Source of the DNA: Leptolyngbyaceae cyanobacterium
GTDB taxonomy: Bacteria; Cyanobacteriota; Cyanobacteriia; Phormidesmidales; Phormidesmidaceae
DNA length: 64,000 nucleotides
Direction: 5' to 3'
Assembly (NCBI GenBank): GCA_965263355.1
Contig: CBDHHL010000032.1
Coordinates: forward strand, 1,728,001 to 1,792,000
The notes beneath the pieces are model-generated. The model was not told the DNA's origin, searched no databases, and saw only the letters and a list, made by a program, of their open reading frames with translations. The translations under genes and the position numbers were made by a program. Every line of letters begins with the position of its first letter. The stretch's first letter is position 1. Below, in pieces: positions 9,092-19,800 of this stretch.

Positions 9092-11743
9092 ATGGATTTT
9101 GGCCCATGGTTTAATGTTTCAGGAGTATGGATTAGCTGGCATGATCTGCTTTCAGATTTGGCAATAAGCCATAGCATCCTTGGTCTGGCTATTGGCAGTC
9201 TGGTGGTAAGTTTGGTTGCGGTTACCTTATATAGCTATTGGCTAAACCAGGAAGTTAAACATCGTCAACGAGTTGAGGCTGATTTACGAGCTAGCGAAGC
9301 CCATTATCGAGCTTTAATTGATGCTTTGCCTGATTTGATTGTGCGGATGAATCGGGCTGGTATCTATCTAGAATTTCTGGCTTCCCCTAATTTTTTGATC
9401 CTGGGGGAGCCCAAAAATTGGGTGGGTACTCACATAACTGAGCAGTTACCGCCAGACATCGCCCAAAAACGTTTAGTGGCTATCCAAAAAGCATTATCGA
9501 CCCGATCTGTTGAAACCTATGAACAAACACTTTCCATTAATGGCCGTCTGAAAGTTGAGCAGGTAAGAGTTGTTCCCCACAGTGCAGATGAAGTACTTGT
9601 GTTGATCCAGAATATTAGCGATCGCAAACAAGCTGAAAAATGTTTACGTATTAGTGAGCAACGATTTCGGCGGGCGCTCTCAATGGCCCCCTATCCCATC
9701 ATGATCCATGCCGAGGATGGTGAGGTAATACATATTAACAGTACCTGGACAGAACTGACAGGATATACCCATAAAGATATTCCGACGACCCGAGCATGGG
9801 CCCAGTTGGCCTATGGAGACAATGCAGATTACATGCTTGAAAATGTGATTGCCAAAAAATACAACTTTGTCACCCGTACAGATGAAGGAGCCTTAGCCGT
9901 TAATACTGCCAAGGGGAGACAGCTTATCTGGAAATTTAGCTCCTCGCCATTGGAACAGCTCCCAGACGGTCGTCGAGTGATTATTTCCATGGCTGTCGAT
10001 ATCACTGAAAGCCGTCAGGTGGAAATGGCCTTAAAGGATAGTGAAGAACGCTATCGCAGTATCTACAACCAAGCAGCAGTGGGCTTAGCCAACGGGACCC
10101 TAGATGGCAAATTTATCGATGTAAACCCTCGGTTTTGCGAAATGCTTGGGTATTCTCGCGAAGAACTACTCGCTAAATCTTTTATAGAAATTACCCATCC
10201 AGATGACCGACTCCAGTCTAAGGCAGTTGCCCATAGCTTATTTGCGAATGAAACTCCCTATTTTTTTCATGAGAAACGCTATCTATGCAAGGATGGTAGT
10301 TTTTTGTGGTGCAATACGGGAGTATCGATTGTACGAGACGCTCAGGGTCGTCCGAAACATACCTTAGCGGTCATTCGTGATATTAGCGATCGCATCAAAG
10401 CAGAAGAACAGCTTAAACATGATGCTTTTCATGATGAATTGACTGGACTGCCAAATCGTAGCCTGCTGATGGCACGGCTAGAATTAGCCTTAAAACGCAC
10501 TAAACAGCATACGGAGACGCAACTGGCAGTACTATTTTTAGATCTCGATAACTTTAAAGTTGTTAATGATAGTCTTGGCCATCAAGTTGGCGATCAACTG
10601 CTATTGGCCATTTCTGAAAAGCTAAAGCTAGTTATCCATGAAACGGATTTAGCTGCTCGCTTAGGGGGAGATGAGTTTGTTATTTTACTAGAGAAGATTA
10701 GCGATCTTTCAGAAGCGGTAATAGTTGCAGAACGGATTTTAGAGACTTTAAAGTTTCCGGTTAATATTGCTAATCGTAAGCTATTTCCTGGTGTCAGCAT
10801 TGGTATTGCCCTATCTGGACAAAATCGTCATTACCAGGCATCAGATCTTTTACGAAATGCTGATGTGGCTATGTATAGAGCTAAACATAGTGGTCGTGGG
10901 CGATATGTCGTCTTTGATTCCAGTATGCATCTACGGGTAATGACGCGGCTACAAATTGAGAATAATCTCCGAAAAGCCTTAGAAAATGAGGAATTTCTGC
11001 TCTACTATCAACCGATTATTAATCTGAGAACCCAGAAAATCACAGCATTTGAAATAATGCTCCGATGGCAGCATCCTGAAGAGGGACTGCTGCGACCAGA
11101 ACGATTTATTGATATTGCTAAGGAGATCGGTTTAGTCTCATCTATTGATGAATGGGTTTTGTGGACAGCCTGTCGACAATTAGTGATCTGGCAAACCTAT
11201 TTTCCTGAGAGTTCTCTAGGATTTAACATCAATTTTTTAGGCGAAAAATTAAAGGACTCTCTTTTAATCAAGTTTGAGGAAATTTTAACTGTCCATAGCC
11301 CTGCAGATAACAGTTTAATCCTTGAAATTACAGAGAGTATGCTGGTGCAAGATTTTGAGACAACCAAACATTTGCTCCAGCGATTACAGGATATGGGTGT
11401 CGGTGTGGTAATTGATGACTTTGGTACCGGTGATTCTTGTTTGAGATATTTACATCAGTTACCGGTGCAGGGCCTCAAAATTGCTCAAAACTTTATCAAT
11501 CTGGCTGAATTAAATGCAGCTAATCAGGTGATTGCCGAGTCAATTATTTCACTCTGTAAGTCGCTGGGCCTGACGACTATTGCAGAGGGAGTAAACGTGT
11601 GTCAACAGTTACATTGGCTAAAAAAAGTTGGTTGCGATGCGGTACAGGGGGAGTATTTTGCTGGGCCAATGAGTGTGGCGGAGGCAACTGAGTTTCTAGA
11701 TCAGGAGAAATCCTTCCAGCTGTGCCGTTTTCCTAATGATTAA
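9092..11743 (+). CDS. Membrane-anchored PAS x3-GGDEF-EAL c-di-GMP enzyme
   Basis: Three PAS/PAC domains; LTGLPNR, ARLGGDEF; EAL domain with EIM variant and DDFGTG. Confidence 0.92.
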   Translation: MDFGPWFNVSGVWISWHDLLSDLAISHSILGLAIGSLVVSLVAVTLYSYWLNQEVKHRQRVEADLRASEAHYRALIDALPDLIVRMNRAGIYLEFLASPNFLILGEPKNWVGTHITEQLPPDIAQKRLVAIQKALSTRSVETYEQTLSINGRLKVEQVRVVPHSADEVLVLIQNISDRKQAEKCLRISEQRFRRALSMAPYPIMIHAEDGEVIHINSTWTELTGYTHKDIPTTRAWAQLAYGDNADYMLENVIAKKYNFVTRTDEGALAVNTAKGRQLIWKFSSSPLEQLPDGRRVIISMAVDITESRQVEMALKDSEERYRSIYNQAAVGLANGTLDGKFIDVNPRFCEMLGYSREELLAKSFIEITHPDDRLQSKAVAHSLFANETPYFFHEKRYLCKDGSFLWCNTGVSIVRDAQGRPKHTLAVIRDISDRIKAEEQLKHDAFHDELTGLPNRSLLMARLELALKRTKQHTETQLAVLFLDLDNFKVVNDSLGHQVGDQLLLAISEKLKLVIHETDLAARLGGDEFVILLEKISDLSEAVIVAERILETLKFPVNIANRKLFPGVSIGIALSGQNRHYQASDLLRNADVAMYRAKHSGRGRYVVFDSSMHLRVMTRLQIENNLRKALENEEFLLYYQPIINLRTQKITAFEIMLRWQHPEEGLLRPERFIDIAKEIGLVSSIDEWVLWTACRQLVIWQTYFPESSLGFNINFLGEKLKDSLLIKFEEILTVHSPADNSLILEITESMLVQDFETTKHLLQRLQDMGVGVVIDDFGTGDSCLRYLHQLPVQGLKIAQNFINLAELNAANQVIAESIISLCKSLGLTTIAEGVNVCQQLHWLKKVGCDAVQGEYFAGPMSVAEATEFLDQEKSFQLCRFPND

Positions 11744-11937
11744 TCTGGGCCATTAAGGCATCTAAACCTCGCCCGCGTCCAGAACGGTCGTTTTTCCGCC
11801 AAAAAATCTAAAGTTTTCAACGTTAGACATAGTTTATCAAAGTTTTGTGGAATAGATGGGTTTTATTAAAGAGTTCGGATAAGACACTATTAACAAGTAG
11901 AGTTAAGCGGTTCGCTAATTAAACGTTCATTAGGAGG

Positions 11938-12414
11938 TTGCAAATGCATAATCAACATGTAATAGCTAGCATTCTGATGATGGCCACCGTTAGCAGTATG
12001 GTGGCCAGTTGGGCCGCTCCGGCCCATGGTCAATGGGAGCAAACCCAGTTGGCAGTAGAGATTAGCGGTGTCAATACCCCTCAAGGTCAGGTTTGTTTGA
12101 ACCTCTTTGATAGTAGTCATGGCTTCCCTAGCAATCGCGATGAGGCGGTGCAAACCCAATGTATTGCCATGGTAGACGACACCCCCCTGGTGGCCACATT
12201 TGAAAACCTAAACCCTGGTAACTACGCAGTTTCAGTCTTTCACGATGCCAACGGCGATAATGAGTTTAATCGTAACTTTGTTGGCATGCCTGTCGAAGGA
12301 TTTGGCTTTTCCCGCAACCCAACTGCATTGACAGGACCGCCTGCATTTGGGGATGTGATGGTTTTGGTCGCAGGAGCAGAGACAAGGATTGCGGTGGAAC
12401 TTAGTTATTTTTAA
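11938..12414 (+). CDS. DUF2141 family secreted protein
   Basis: GNYAVSVFHDANGD...GMPVEGFGFSRNP...GPPAF. Confidence 0.88.
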   Translation: MQMHNQHVIASILMMATVSSMVASWAAPAHGQWEQTQLAVEISGVNTPQGQVCLNLFDSSHGFPSNRDEAVQTQCIAMVDDTPLVATFENLNPGNYAVSVFHDANGDNEFNRNFVGMPVEGFGFSRNPTALTGPPAFGDVMVLVAGAETRIAVELSYF

Positions 12415-12439
12415 TAATCGCTAGGATGGTGATTAGTAG

Positions 12440-12640
12440 GATTTCCTCGCAAAGCGAGACGATTTCCTCGCAAAGCGAGACGTTATTTCCTCGCAAAGCG
12501 AGATCGATTTCCTCGCAAAGCGAGACGATTTCCTCGCAAAGCGAGACGATTTCCTCGCAAAGCGAGACGATTTCCTCGCAAAGCGAGACGATTTCCTCGC
12601 AAAGCGAGACGATTTCCTCGCAAAGCGAGACGATTTCCTC
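12440..12640. repeat. Tandem array of the 21-bp unit GATTTCCTCGCAAAGCGAGAC (9 full units, one 24-bp variant among them, plus a partial)
   Basis: Read directly; each unit contains the hairpin CTCGC-AAA-GCGAG; no spacers. Confidence 0.95.
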
Positions 12641-12843
12641 AATAATGTGGAGTTCGAAATTTGGAATGCGCTCCCTTTCCGAATTCCGAATTTCGAATTT
12701 CGACGTCTAACTTAATCGAAATTTCCCGGCGTAAGTTGATGCCCGATGAGTGCGTGGTGAGTAGCAAACCTTCCACGTTAAGTTGATCCATATTACTAGA
12801 ATATTGAGTGGAGGATACGCTAGGGTTATGTCAAGTTTGACAG

Positions 12844-15800
12844 ATGGCTAGTAGCTTCTCAATATCTATGATGGGCGACGTTTACGATGCTTTTGTTTCC
12901 TATGGTCGTGCTGATAGTAAGGCCTTTGTTGTAAAGCTATGTGAACGGCTGACGGAGGCTGGCTATCGTGTTTGGTGTGACTTTAACGAAATTCCCCTAG
13001 CTGTTGATTTTCAAAACCAAATCGATGATGGTATTGAAAAATCCCATAACTTTCTGTTTGTGATCTCGCCTCATTCGGTCAATTCAATCTACTGTGCTAA
13101 AGAGATTGACATTGCGCTACATCATCAAAAACGGATTATTCCACTGTTGCATGTGGAACAAATTGATCGAGAGACGTGGCAGCAGCGTAACCCTAATGGT
13201 ACCGATGCTCAGTGGCATGACTATCAGGTAAAGGGACTGCATTCCAGTTTTCCTAATATGATCCCCCAGATTAGCAAGATTAATTGGGTGTACATGCGGG
13301 AAGAACAGGATGACTTTGATCAATCTTTAACTAGTCTGGCGCAGATTTTTCATCGTAATCGCGACTATGTGGAAAATCATACCCACTTTTTAATTGATGC
13401 ACTGACCTGGAGACGACAGCAAAAACAAACAGAGTTTTTACTCTTGGGAGAATCTAGACAGCTAGCGGAAACATGGCTTAAACAAAGGTTTAAGACTAAA
13501 CAACCGCCCTGTATTCCCACTGATTTGCACTGTGAGTTCATCACTGAAAGCATCAAAAACGCTAACAACATGATGACTCAGGTGTTTTTGGTCTATGCCC
13601 AGGCCGATACTGAGATTATGGATAATATTCGGCGATCGCTGCGACGACAGGGGTTTACGGTGTGGAGTAACCAGACGGATATTCTCACCGGAGAAGCGTT
13701 TAAGCAGGCAATAAATCGGGGTATCGAAGAGGCAGACTCCATCGTGTATTTACTATCGCCAGATTCCCTGCAATCTCAATATTGCCAATATGAATTGGAA
13801 TATGCTCTAGCGCTTAACAAACGAGTGGTACCTATTTTGGTAAACCCTCTGGGAGCAGTTAAGAGTTCGCCAGAGTTAGCCTCGCTACAATATATAGATT
13901 TGACGGATAACTTTAGTGGAGAAGATTATCAGCTGGATGAAAGCGATTTAATTAAGGTGCTTAATCAAGATGTGGTTTACTACAGCCAGCACAAGGTTCT
14001 ATTGGTCAAGGCCTTAAAATGGAAACGGCAACAACAAAATCCTAGTGTATTGTTGCGAGGCTATGATCTACGTCATGCCGAAGTCTGGTTAAAAACAGCT
14101 GTAGGACGCACAGACCATCCAGCAACAAATTTTCATCGTGAGTTTATTCAGGCCAGTTTGGATCAGCCACCGCTGTCGTCCATTGATGTGTTTATTTCCT
14201 ATTCCAGTGCCGATGCTGATATTGCTCGTAAGATCAATAGTGCATTGCAGAGTCAGGGAAAAACCACCTGGTTTGATCAGGAGAGTATTGCTGCTGGCAG
14301 TGCTAATTTTCAGCGAGAGATTTACAAAGGTATTGAGGTATCTGATAACCTTTTGTTTATTTTGTCTCCTCGTTCTGTCAATTCCCCCTATTGTAAATTA
14401 GAGGTAGACCATGGTGCTCGATTTAATAAACGATTGGTCACCATCTTGCATCAGCCTGTGAATACGGCTGACCTACACCCTCAGCTAGCCAGGGTACAGT
14501 GGCTAGACTTTAGCCAACAACGGGGTAATTTCACGACCCATTTTAATCATCTTATCCGTACCCTGGATACGGATCGTGACCATGTGCAGAGCCATACCAA
14601 GTGGCTGCAGCGGGCCCTTGAGTGGCACCAAAAAGAACAAAGTTGTGATTTGCTATTGCGAGGGGCAGAGAGTGCGATCGCAACCCAATGGCTGCAAGAT
14701 AGCCAAAAACATCAAAAGACCCCGGCAGTTACCGTAGAGCAACAGGCCTTTATTACTGCTAGCCAGGATGCCGTTGAAGCAGAAGCCCGTCGTGAAAAAC
14801 GGCGTATGATGGTTACCCAAGCATTGCTAGCGGGGATGAGTATTTTGTTTCTGGTAGCAGGTGGGGCCAGTGCTATAGCCTTTAGGGAAAAGAGTCGTTT
14901 AGAATTAGATGAGAGAGCCGCAGAGGTGAGTCGCTCTCTGATTACTAAACCTGTAGAGAGCCTTTTAGACACTCTGAAATTGGTAAAAAAAAGTCAGTCT
15001 CGACTGTTGGAACTGAGGCCCTCCGTGCGTTCCACCCTGCGCAACGCCATTGGTATAACAGTGGAAAAAAATCGCTTGGAACGCCATGATGAGGCAGTTT
15101 GGTCAGCGGTCTATAGCCCTGATGGTCGGATTATTGCTAGTACTGGCTTTGATGACATTATTCATCTGTGGGATCAAGACGGCAATGTGATTAGTAACCC
15201 TTTTGAAGGTCATGAGGATGATATTTGGTTAGTGGCCTTTAGTCCCGATGGTCAGGCAATTGTCAGCGCCAGTTCTGATGAAACACTACGTCTGTGGGAT
15301 TTGCAAGGAAATTTGTTGGTTGATCCGTTGAAAGGGCATCAGGGCCATGTCAAGACAGTAGCCTTTAGCCCCGATGGCACCCGGATTGTCAGTGGCGATC
15401 AGAGCGGTACCATCAGGCTATGGAATCGGCAGGGGCAGTATCTAGCCTTTAGAGCTGATGAGCAGACCGAGAATCAGGCCGATGAGCAGACCGAGAATCA
15501 GGTCAATGATCAGGTGGATGATCAAACCAATAGCGAGAGAACAGTTTGGTCAGTGGCCTTTAGCCCAGACGGGACCCAGATTATCAGTGGTCGAGAAGAT
15601 GGGCTAATCCATCTTTGGACTCCCCAGGGTAAACTGCTTAAAACCTTTCAGAAGGAGCATACAGGCGCTATATTTTCTGTCGTGTTCAGCCCTGATGGAG
15701 ACTTAATCGCCAGTGGTGGTACCGATAAGATTGTGCGCCTATGGGACCGGCAGGGAAACTTACTAAATCAGCTAGAGGGCCACACAGATGGGGTGATGTC

Positions 15801-16980
15801 TCTGGCTTTTAGTCCTGATGGGCAGTGGTTAATCAGTGGCGGCAATGACAATACAGTCCGGGTGTGGAGTCGAGAGGGTCAGCCTGTGGGGCCTCCCCTA
15901 ATTGGCCATAAATACTATGTGTATTCTGTTGCTGTGAGTCCCGATGGACAAACCATTCTGAGCGGTAGTGAGGATATGACACTGCGACTTTGGGATATGC
16001 AAGCTGTGTTACAGCGTAAAGCTACAGCCATTCATGACGGTGCTGTTAATGCCATGGCGGCTAGCGGTGATGGTCAAACCCTGGTGACAGCAGGAAATGA
16101 TGGCACCGTAAGATTGTTGGATAGTAGTGGTAACGAGATTGCCAGATTCCATGGGCATACGGATGCCGTATTATCGGTAGATATAGGTCAGGATGGGCAA
16201 ATCATTGCTAGCGGCAGCGCTGACAATACGGTTAAACTTTGGACTCGTCAAGGGAATGAGATTGCCACCCTAAAGGCCCATAAGGAATCCGTCAATGCTG
16301 TCGCAATTCATCCAACGCAAGCGCTGATGGCCACTGCCAGTGACGACCAGACTATTCGTCTGTGGGACCTGCAGGGTAACCCCGTGGGACAACCGATAAC
16401 GACCCATAACGACAGGGTTAATACAGTGGTGTTTAGCCCCGATGGTCAACGGTTGGTGAGTGGTAGTGATGACCGCACTATTCGGCTTTGGGACTTACAG
16501 GGCAACCCGATAGGCGATCCTTTAGAAGGGCACACGGATGATGTCAATGCCGTTGCCTTTAGTCCTGATGGTCAGATGTTTGTCAGTGCCAGTCGTGATC
16601 AGACGCTGCGCTTATGGAACCGTGATGGTCGTCCTATGGGGGATGCGTTTGAGGGACACCTGAGTAATGTGGTGGCAGTGACCTTTAGCCCCGATGGTCA
16701 GTACATTGTTAGTGCCAGTCGTGATCAGACATTGCGGCTATGGGATTTGCAGGGTATTCCTATCGGTAACCCATTGACGGGACATAATGCGACGGCCAGT
16801 ACGGTTTTGTTTAGTGGCGATGGTCAGTGGTTGTTGAGTGCTAACAGCGATGGCCTGCTGCGTCGTTGGGAGGGGGGCTCGATTCAAGATTGGGTAGAGT
16901 GGGGGTGCGATCGCATCCGTGACCATTCCATGCTTAAGCCCTCAGATACTGCTAGAGATGTTACAACTTGTCAATTTTAG
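12844..16980 (+). CDS. TIR x3 - TM - WD40 repeat protein
   Basis: Three TIR_2-like domains (DAFVSYGRAD, QVFLVYAQAD, DVFISYSSAD) each with Cxx(E); TM at ALLAGMSILFLVAGG; about 14 WD40 repeats (VAFSPDG...LRLWD). Confidence 0.92.
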   Translation: MASSFSISMMGDVYDAFVSYGRADSKAFVVKLCERLTEAGYRVWCDFNEIPLAVDFQNQIDDGIEKSHNFLFVISPHSVNSIYCAKEIDIALHHQKRIIPLLHVEQIDRETWQQRNPNGTDAQWHDYQVKGLHSSFPNMIPQISKINWVYMREEQDDFDQSLTSLAQIFHRNRDYVENHTHFLIDALTWRRQQKQTEFLLLGESRQLAETWLKQRFKTKQPPCIPTDLHCEFITESIKNANNMMTQVFLVYAQADTEIMDNIRRSLRRQGFTVWSNQTDILTGEAFKQAINRGIEEADSIVYLLSPDSLQSQYCQYELEYALALNKRVVPILVNPLGAVKSSPELASLQYIDLTDNFSGEDYQLDESDLIKVLNQDVVYYSQHKVLLVKALKWKRQQQNPSVLLRGYDLRHAEVWLKTAVGRTDHPATNFHREFIQASLDQPPLSSIDVFISYSSADADIARKINSALQSQGKTTWFDQESIAAGSANFQREIYKGIEVSDNLLFILSPRSVNSPYCKLEVDHGARFNKRLVTILHQPVNTADLHPQLARVQWLDFSQQRGNFTTHFNHLIRTLDTDRDHVQSHTKWLQRALEWHQKEQSCDLLLRGAESAIATQWLQDSQKHQKTPAVTVEQQAFITASQDAVEAEARREKRRMMVTQALLAGMSILFLVAGGASAIAFREKSRLELDERAAEVSRSLITKPVESLLDTLKLVKKSQSRLLELRPSVRSTLRNAIGITVEKNRLERHDEAVWSAVYSPDGRIIASTGFDDIIHLWDQDGNVISNPFEGHEDDIWLVAFSPDGQAIVSASSDETLRLWDLQGNLLVDPLKGHQGHVKTVAFSPDGTRIVSGDQSGTIRLWNRQGQYLAFRADEQTENQADEQTENQVNDQVDDQTNSERTVWSVAFSPDGTQIISGREDGLIHLWTPQGKLLKTFQKEHTGAIFSVVFSPDGDLIASGGTDKIVRLWDRQGNLLNQLEGHTDGVMSLAFSPDGQWLISGGNDNTVRVWSREGQPVGPPLIGHKYYVYSVAVSPDGQTILSGSEDMTLRLWDMQAVLQRKATAIHDGAVNAMAASGDGQTLVTAGNDGTVRLLDSSGNEIARFHGHTDAVLSVDIGQDGQIIASGSADNTVKLWTRQGNEIATLKAHKESVNAVAIHPTQALMATASDDQTIRLWDLQGNPVGQPITTHNDRVNTVVFSPDGQRLVSGSDDRTIRLWDLQGNPIGDPLEGHTDDVNAVAFSPDGQMFVSASRDQTLRLWNRDGRPMGDAFEGHLSNVVAVTFSPDGQYIVSASRDQTLRLWDLQGIPIGNPLTGHNATASTVLFSGDGQWLLSANSDGLLRRWEGGSIQDWVEWGCDRIRDHSMLKPSDTARDVTTCQF

Positions 16981-17257
16981 CAACAATAATCATCCCCTCA
17001 CCTCTCACTGTTTTACCCACGATTTTAAGTTTGCTGCAATATCAATAGAACAACCCCTTTTAATCTCAGCAAGATTGCAATTTTTCTTTAGACAGAATGT
17101 GTATTATTACGTATTAATACAGCCAGGAGCTAGGAAATTGAGTATCCCGTCTAATTAATAAACCTTGAGCGTTGTATGAATAGTGGCTACTTTTTTTGCG
17201 TAGTAACCAACTCAACGACAACCTATCCACACAAATACTGCCTTATGTAACAAGCGG

Positions 17258-17693
17258 TTACCATATGCATGGTCTGTAGATTTTTTCTATGGAGTCTGTT
17301 TTCAGGTAATTCACAGATGAGACTTCTCTTTTCCCAATTCTCGGATTTAATTGAGTTAACCTGCAACAACAGCTAGCTATTGTGAGGTTAAAGGTCGGTT
17401 TGACCTGTAATGGCAGGGTAAAGGTAACGATGCCGAATAGCCATACGGGCATAAAAACGGCACTACTAGGGTAAAGGTAACGATGCCGAATAGCCGCGAC
17501 TACCAAACCAGCGGTGAAAGCTCGTTAGATTATCTTGTCGAAAGCGATAGAAGAGATCGATCATGATCATGAATATGCTGGCACTGGCTAATGTTTTTTC
17601 AGGGTCATAGTTGAAGAGAAAGAAGCTGATCAGATGACCGGGGATAGCAGCGGCGATAATCAAAATCAGCCCACGAACATTGAGTGCAGACAT
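17258..17693 (-). pseudogene. Small membrane protein gene frameshifted by a 28-bp duplication
   Basis: agggtaaaggtaacgatgccgaatagcc at 17415-17442 and 17468-17495; deleting one copy joins ORFs 17466..17693 and 17258..17506 in frame. Confidence 0.55.
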
Positions 17694-18315
17694 GGTTAGA
17701 TGCTAGCGTTTGTATATTAAATATGGATAAAGGCCTGGTGCACCAGGCTTCTAACAACTTTAGGTTTCCCAAAGCAGTGGTAGATGCGTCAGGAGTAGTT
17801 TCATGGAGAGTAGACTCAATTCCTGACGCTTTGCACGACTCGATTGCTAGCTCCAGGATACTGATTTCTGTTCTTAAGTTGGAATTTGGAATTGCTGTCT
17901 TTTACGGTGTAGAACGGATGCGGAGCACGTAATACTTGGCCGATCGCCAGTGAAGATATGGAGCCATTCTTCGACCAGCCTCTAGTGCTAGGGCTATGGG
18001 CTTCGACGTTAGCTCAGCCGAGCGGAAGAAGGGGAGCAGGGGAGCAAAAATTGTGTAGTATCGAGCTATCTGAATCTATAGATTTAGTCCTTCTGTGAAC
18101 GCGACCATATCATCCAGAGCTTTAGCTCTTCATAGTCCATTTATTCCCTATGGCCACGCCGTTGCTGTATAGTCAACGGTTGGCTAATGGGTTTGAGGGG
18201 ATAGGGTCTGCTTGAAGAAGCTGGGTTTATTTCCCTAAAATAGGAGCAGGTGGATGGGGGCAGACTGCTTTTAAGACTTATAGATGATTCAGAAACAACT
18301 GGTGTAAAAACAATA

Positions 18316-19800
18316 ATGAGTTATCAACAGGCGGTGGATTGTATTGAGCGGGGTGAACTGAGTACGGCATTAGCGCTGTTGGATCGGGTAATTTTGGCCA
18401 ATTCGCAACAGACGGAGGCCTATCGACTGCGGGGACGGACGCGGCTGCAGATTGGTGATAGTGCGGGAGCGATCGCAGATTACACCAAAGTCATTCAGCG
18501 GGAACCAACGGCGCAGGCCTATCTAGGCCGAGCACTGGCCTATGTAAACACGTCTACACCATCATCCGCCATCATCGATGCACAGCAAGCGTTAAAACTA
18601 GATGCCCAGCTGGCAGCGGCACAACGATTACTAGGTAAGATGCATCGTCAGTTAGGTCAGCCTCAAGCCGCAATTATCGCCTATAAAGCCGCCACCAAGT
18701 TATATCTGGCGCAAAAAGATAAGGCCAATGCAACCGATTGTTTGGCACAGGCAAATCAGCTACAGACCGAGTTAAATCAGCCGATAACGCCTACCAATAA
18801 AGAATCTCAGACCCCAGGGAACAATCTAGAAACACCGCCCATGGTGTCACCCACAGAATTTTTACAGAGAGCCAGGGAAAAAGTAACCCAAGGTCAATTA
18901 AGACAGGCTTTGGAGGATCTTAATTGGTTGTTGGAAATTGACCCAGATCATGTGGAAGCGCTGTGCGATCGCGCCTATCTCCAAGCCCAGCTCCATCGTT
19001 ACGAAGCGGCAACACGCGATCTGGCCAGGGTGCAACAGCTGGCTCCAACGGATCCGGCAATACAAGTACGACGGGTCCAGATTCGGTTAGCGTTGGGAGA
19101 TGCCCATGGGACCATCAAGACAATCACTGAGTTAATGAAAACAGAAGTGACCGCAGAACGATTAACAATTCGAGGGGAAGCCTATCAACAACTTGGCGAT
19201 CTGGACAATGCATTTAAGGATTATTCCAATGCGATCGCTATGCAACCATCGGCTGAACTGTATAACGCACGGGCATCGGTACAGTCTGGGAAAGAGGCTT
19301 TAGAGGATTATCGACAGGCGGCATCCCTGTGGTTAGATCAGGGAAATTGGCGGGCGCAGCGGGTAGCATTGGATCGGGCAGAGGCGATGGACCAGGAATT
19401 GGCTCGGGAAAAGACTGCAGCTGAGGCTGAGCGGTTGATTCGGGTACCGATTAAGGCGATGCGGTCGGGCATGCCAGTGATTGAGGTACGGTTTAATGAT
19501 CAACGGTCATTTGATATGTTGATGCAGCAGGATTTACCCCGCACTATCATTACGGGGTCGATGGCGTCGATGCTGGCAATTAAGGGAACGCCGGGGGGCT
19601 TTTTGCAGATTCCAGGGGAGGCGACAATGCCCATCAGTAATGGTTGGGTACGGTCGATTCGGGTACAGTCGGCGGTGGTGATGAATGTGCAGGTTGCGAT
19701 CTCTGCCACCTTTTCAGCCGGTCTCCTGGGCCAAGACTTCCTGGCTAATTACGATGTTCGCATTCTCGCCAACGAGGTTGAACTTTACCGCCGTCAGTAA
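18316..19800 (+). CDS. TPR protein with C-terminal retropepsin-like domain lacking the DTG motif
   Basis: Multiple TPRs; RVPIK...PVIEVRFN...FDMLMQQD...GLLGQDFL. Likely start MSYQQ at 18316. Confidence 0.8.
   Translation: MSYQQAVDCIERGELSTALALLDRVILANSQQTEAYRLRGRTRLQIGDSAGAIADYTKVIQREPTAQAYLGRALAYVNTSTPSSAIIDAQQALKLDAQLAAAQRLLGKMHRQLGQPQAAIIAYKAATKLYLAQKDKANATDCLAQANQLQTELNQPITPTNKESQTPGNNLETPPMVSPTEFLQRAREKVTQGQLRQALEDLNWLLEIDPDHVEALCDRAYLQAQLHRYEAATRDLARVQQLAPTDPAIQVRRVQIRLALGDAHGTIKTITELMKTEVTAERLTIRGEAYQQLGDLDNAFKDYSNAIAMQPSAELYNARASVQSGKEALEDYRQAASLWLDQGNWRAQRVALDRAEAMDQELAREKTAAEAERLIRVPIKAMRSGMPVIEVRFNDQRSFDMLMQQDLPRTIITGSMASMLAIKGTPGGFLQIPGEATMPISNGWVRSIRVQSAVVMNVQVAISATFSAGLLGQDFLANYDVRILANEVELYRRQ

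Noticed and set aside
12440..12640. 21-bp palindromic repeats as a CRISPR array
   Set aside because: Units are contiguous with no unique spacers, and there are no cas genes in the window.
12426..12710. ORFs of SSQSETI / ARKSSRF heptads
   Set aside because: By-product of a stop-free 21-bp repeat; no independent coding evidence.
17684..18250. Possible gene or ncRNA in the intergenic stretch
   Set aside because: No recognisable protein or RNA motif; only short REP/STRR-like bits near 17998-18050.
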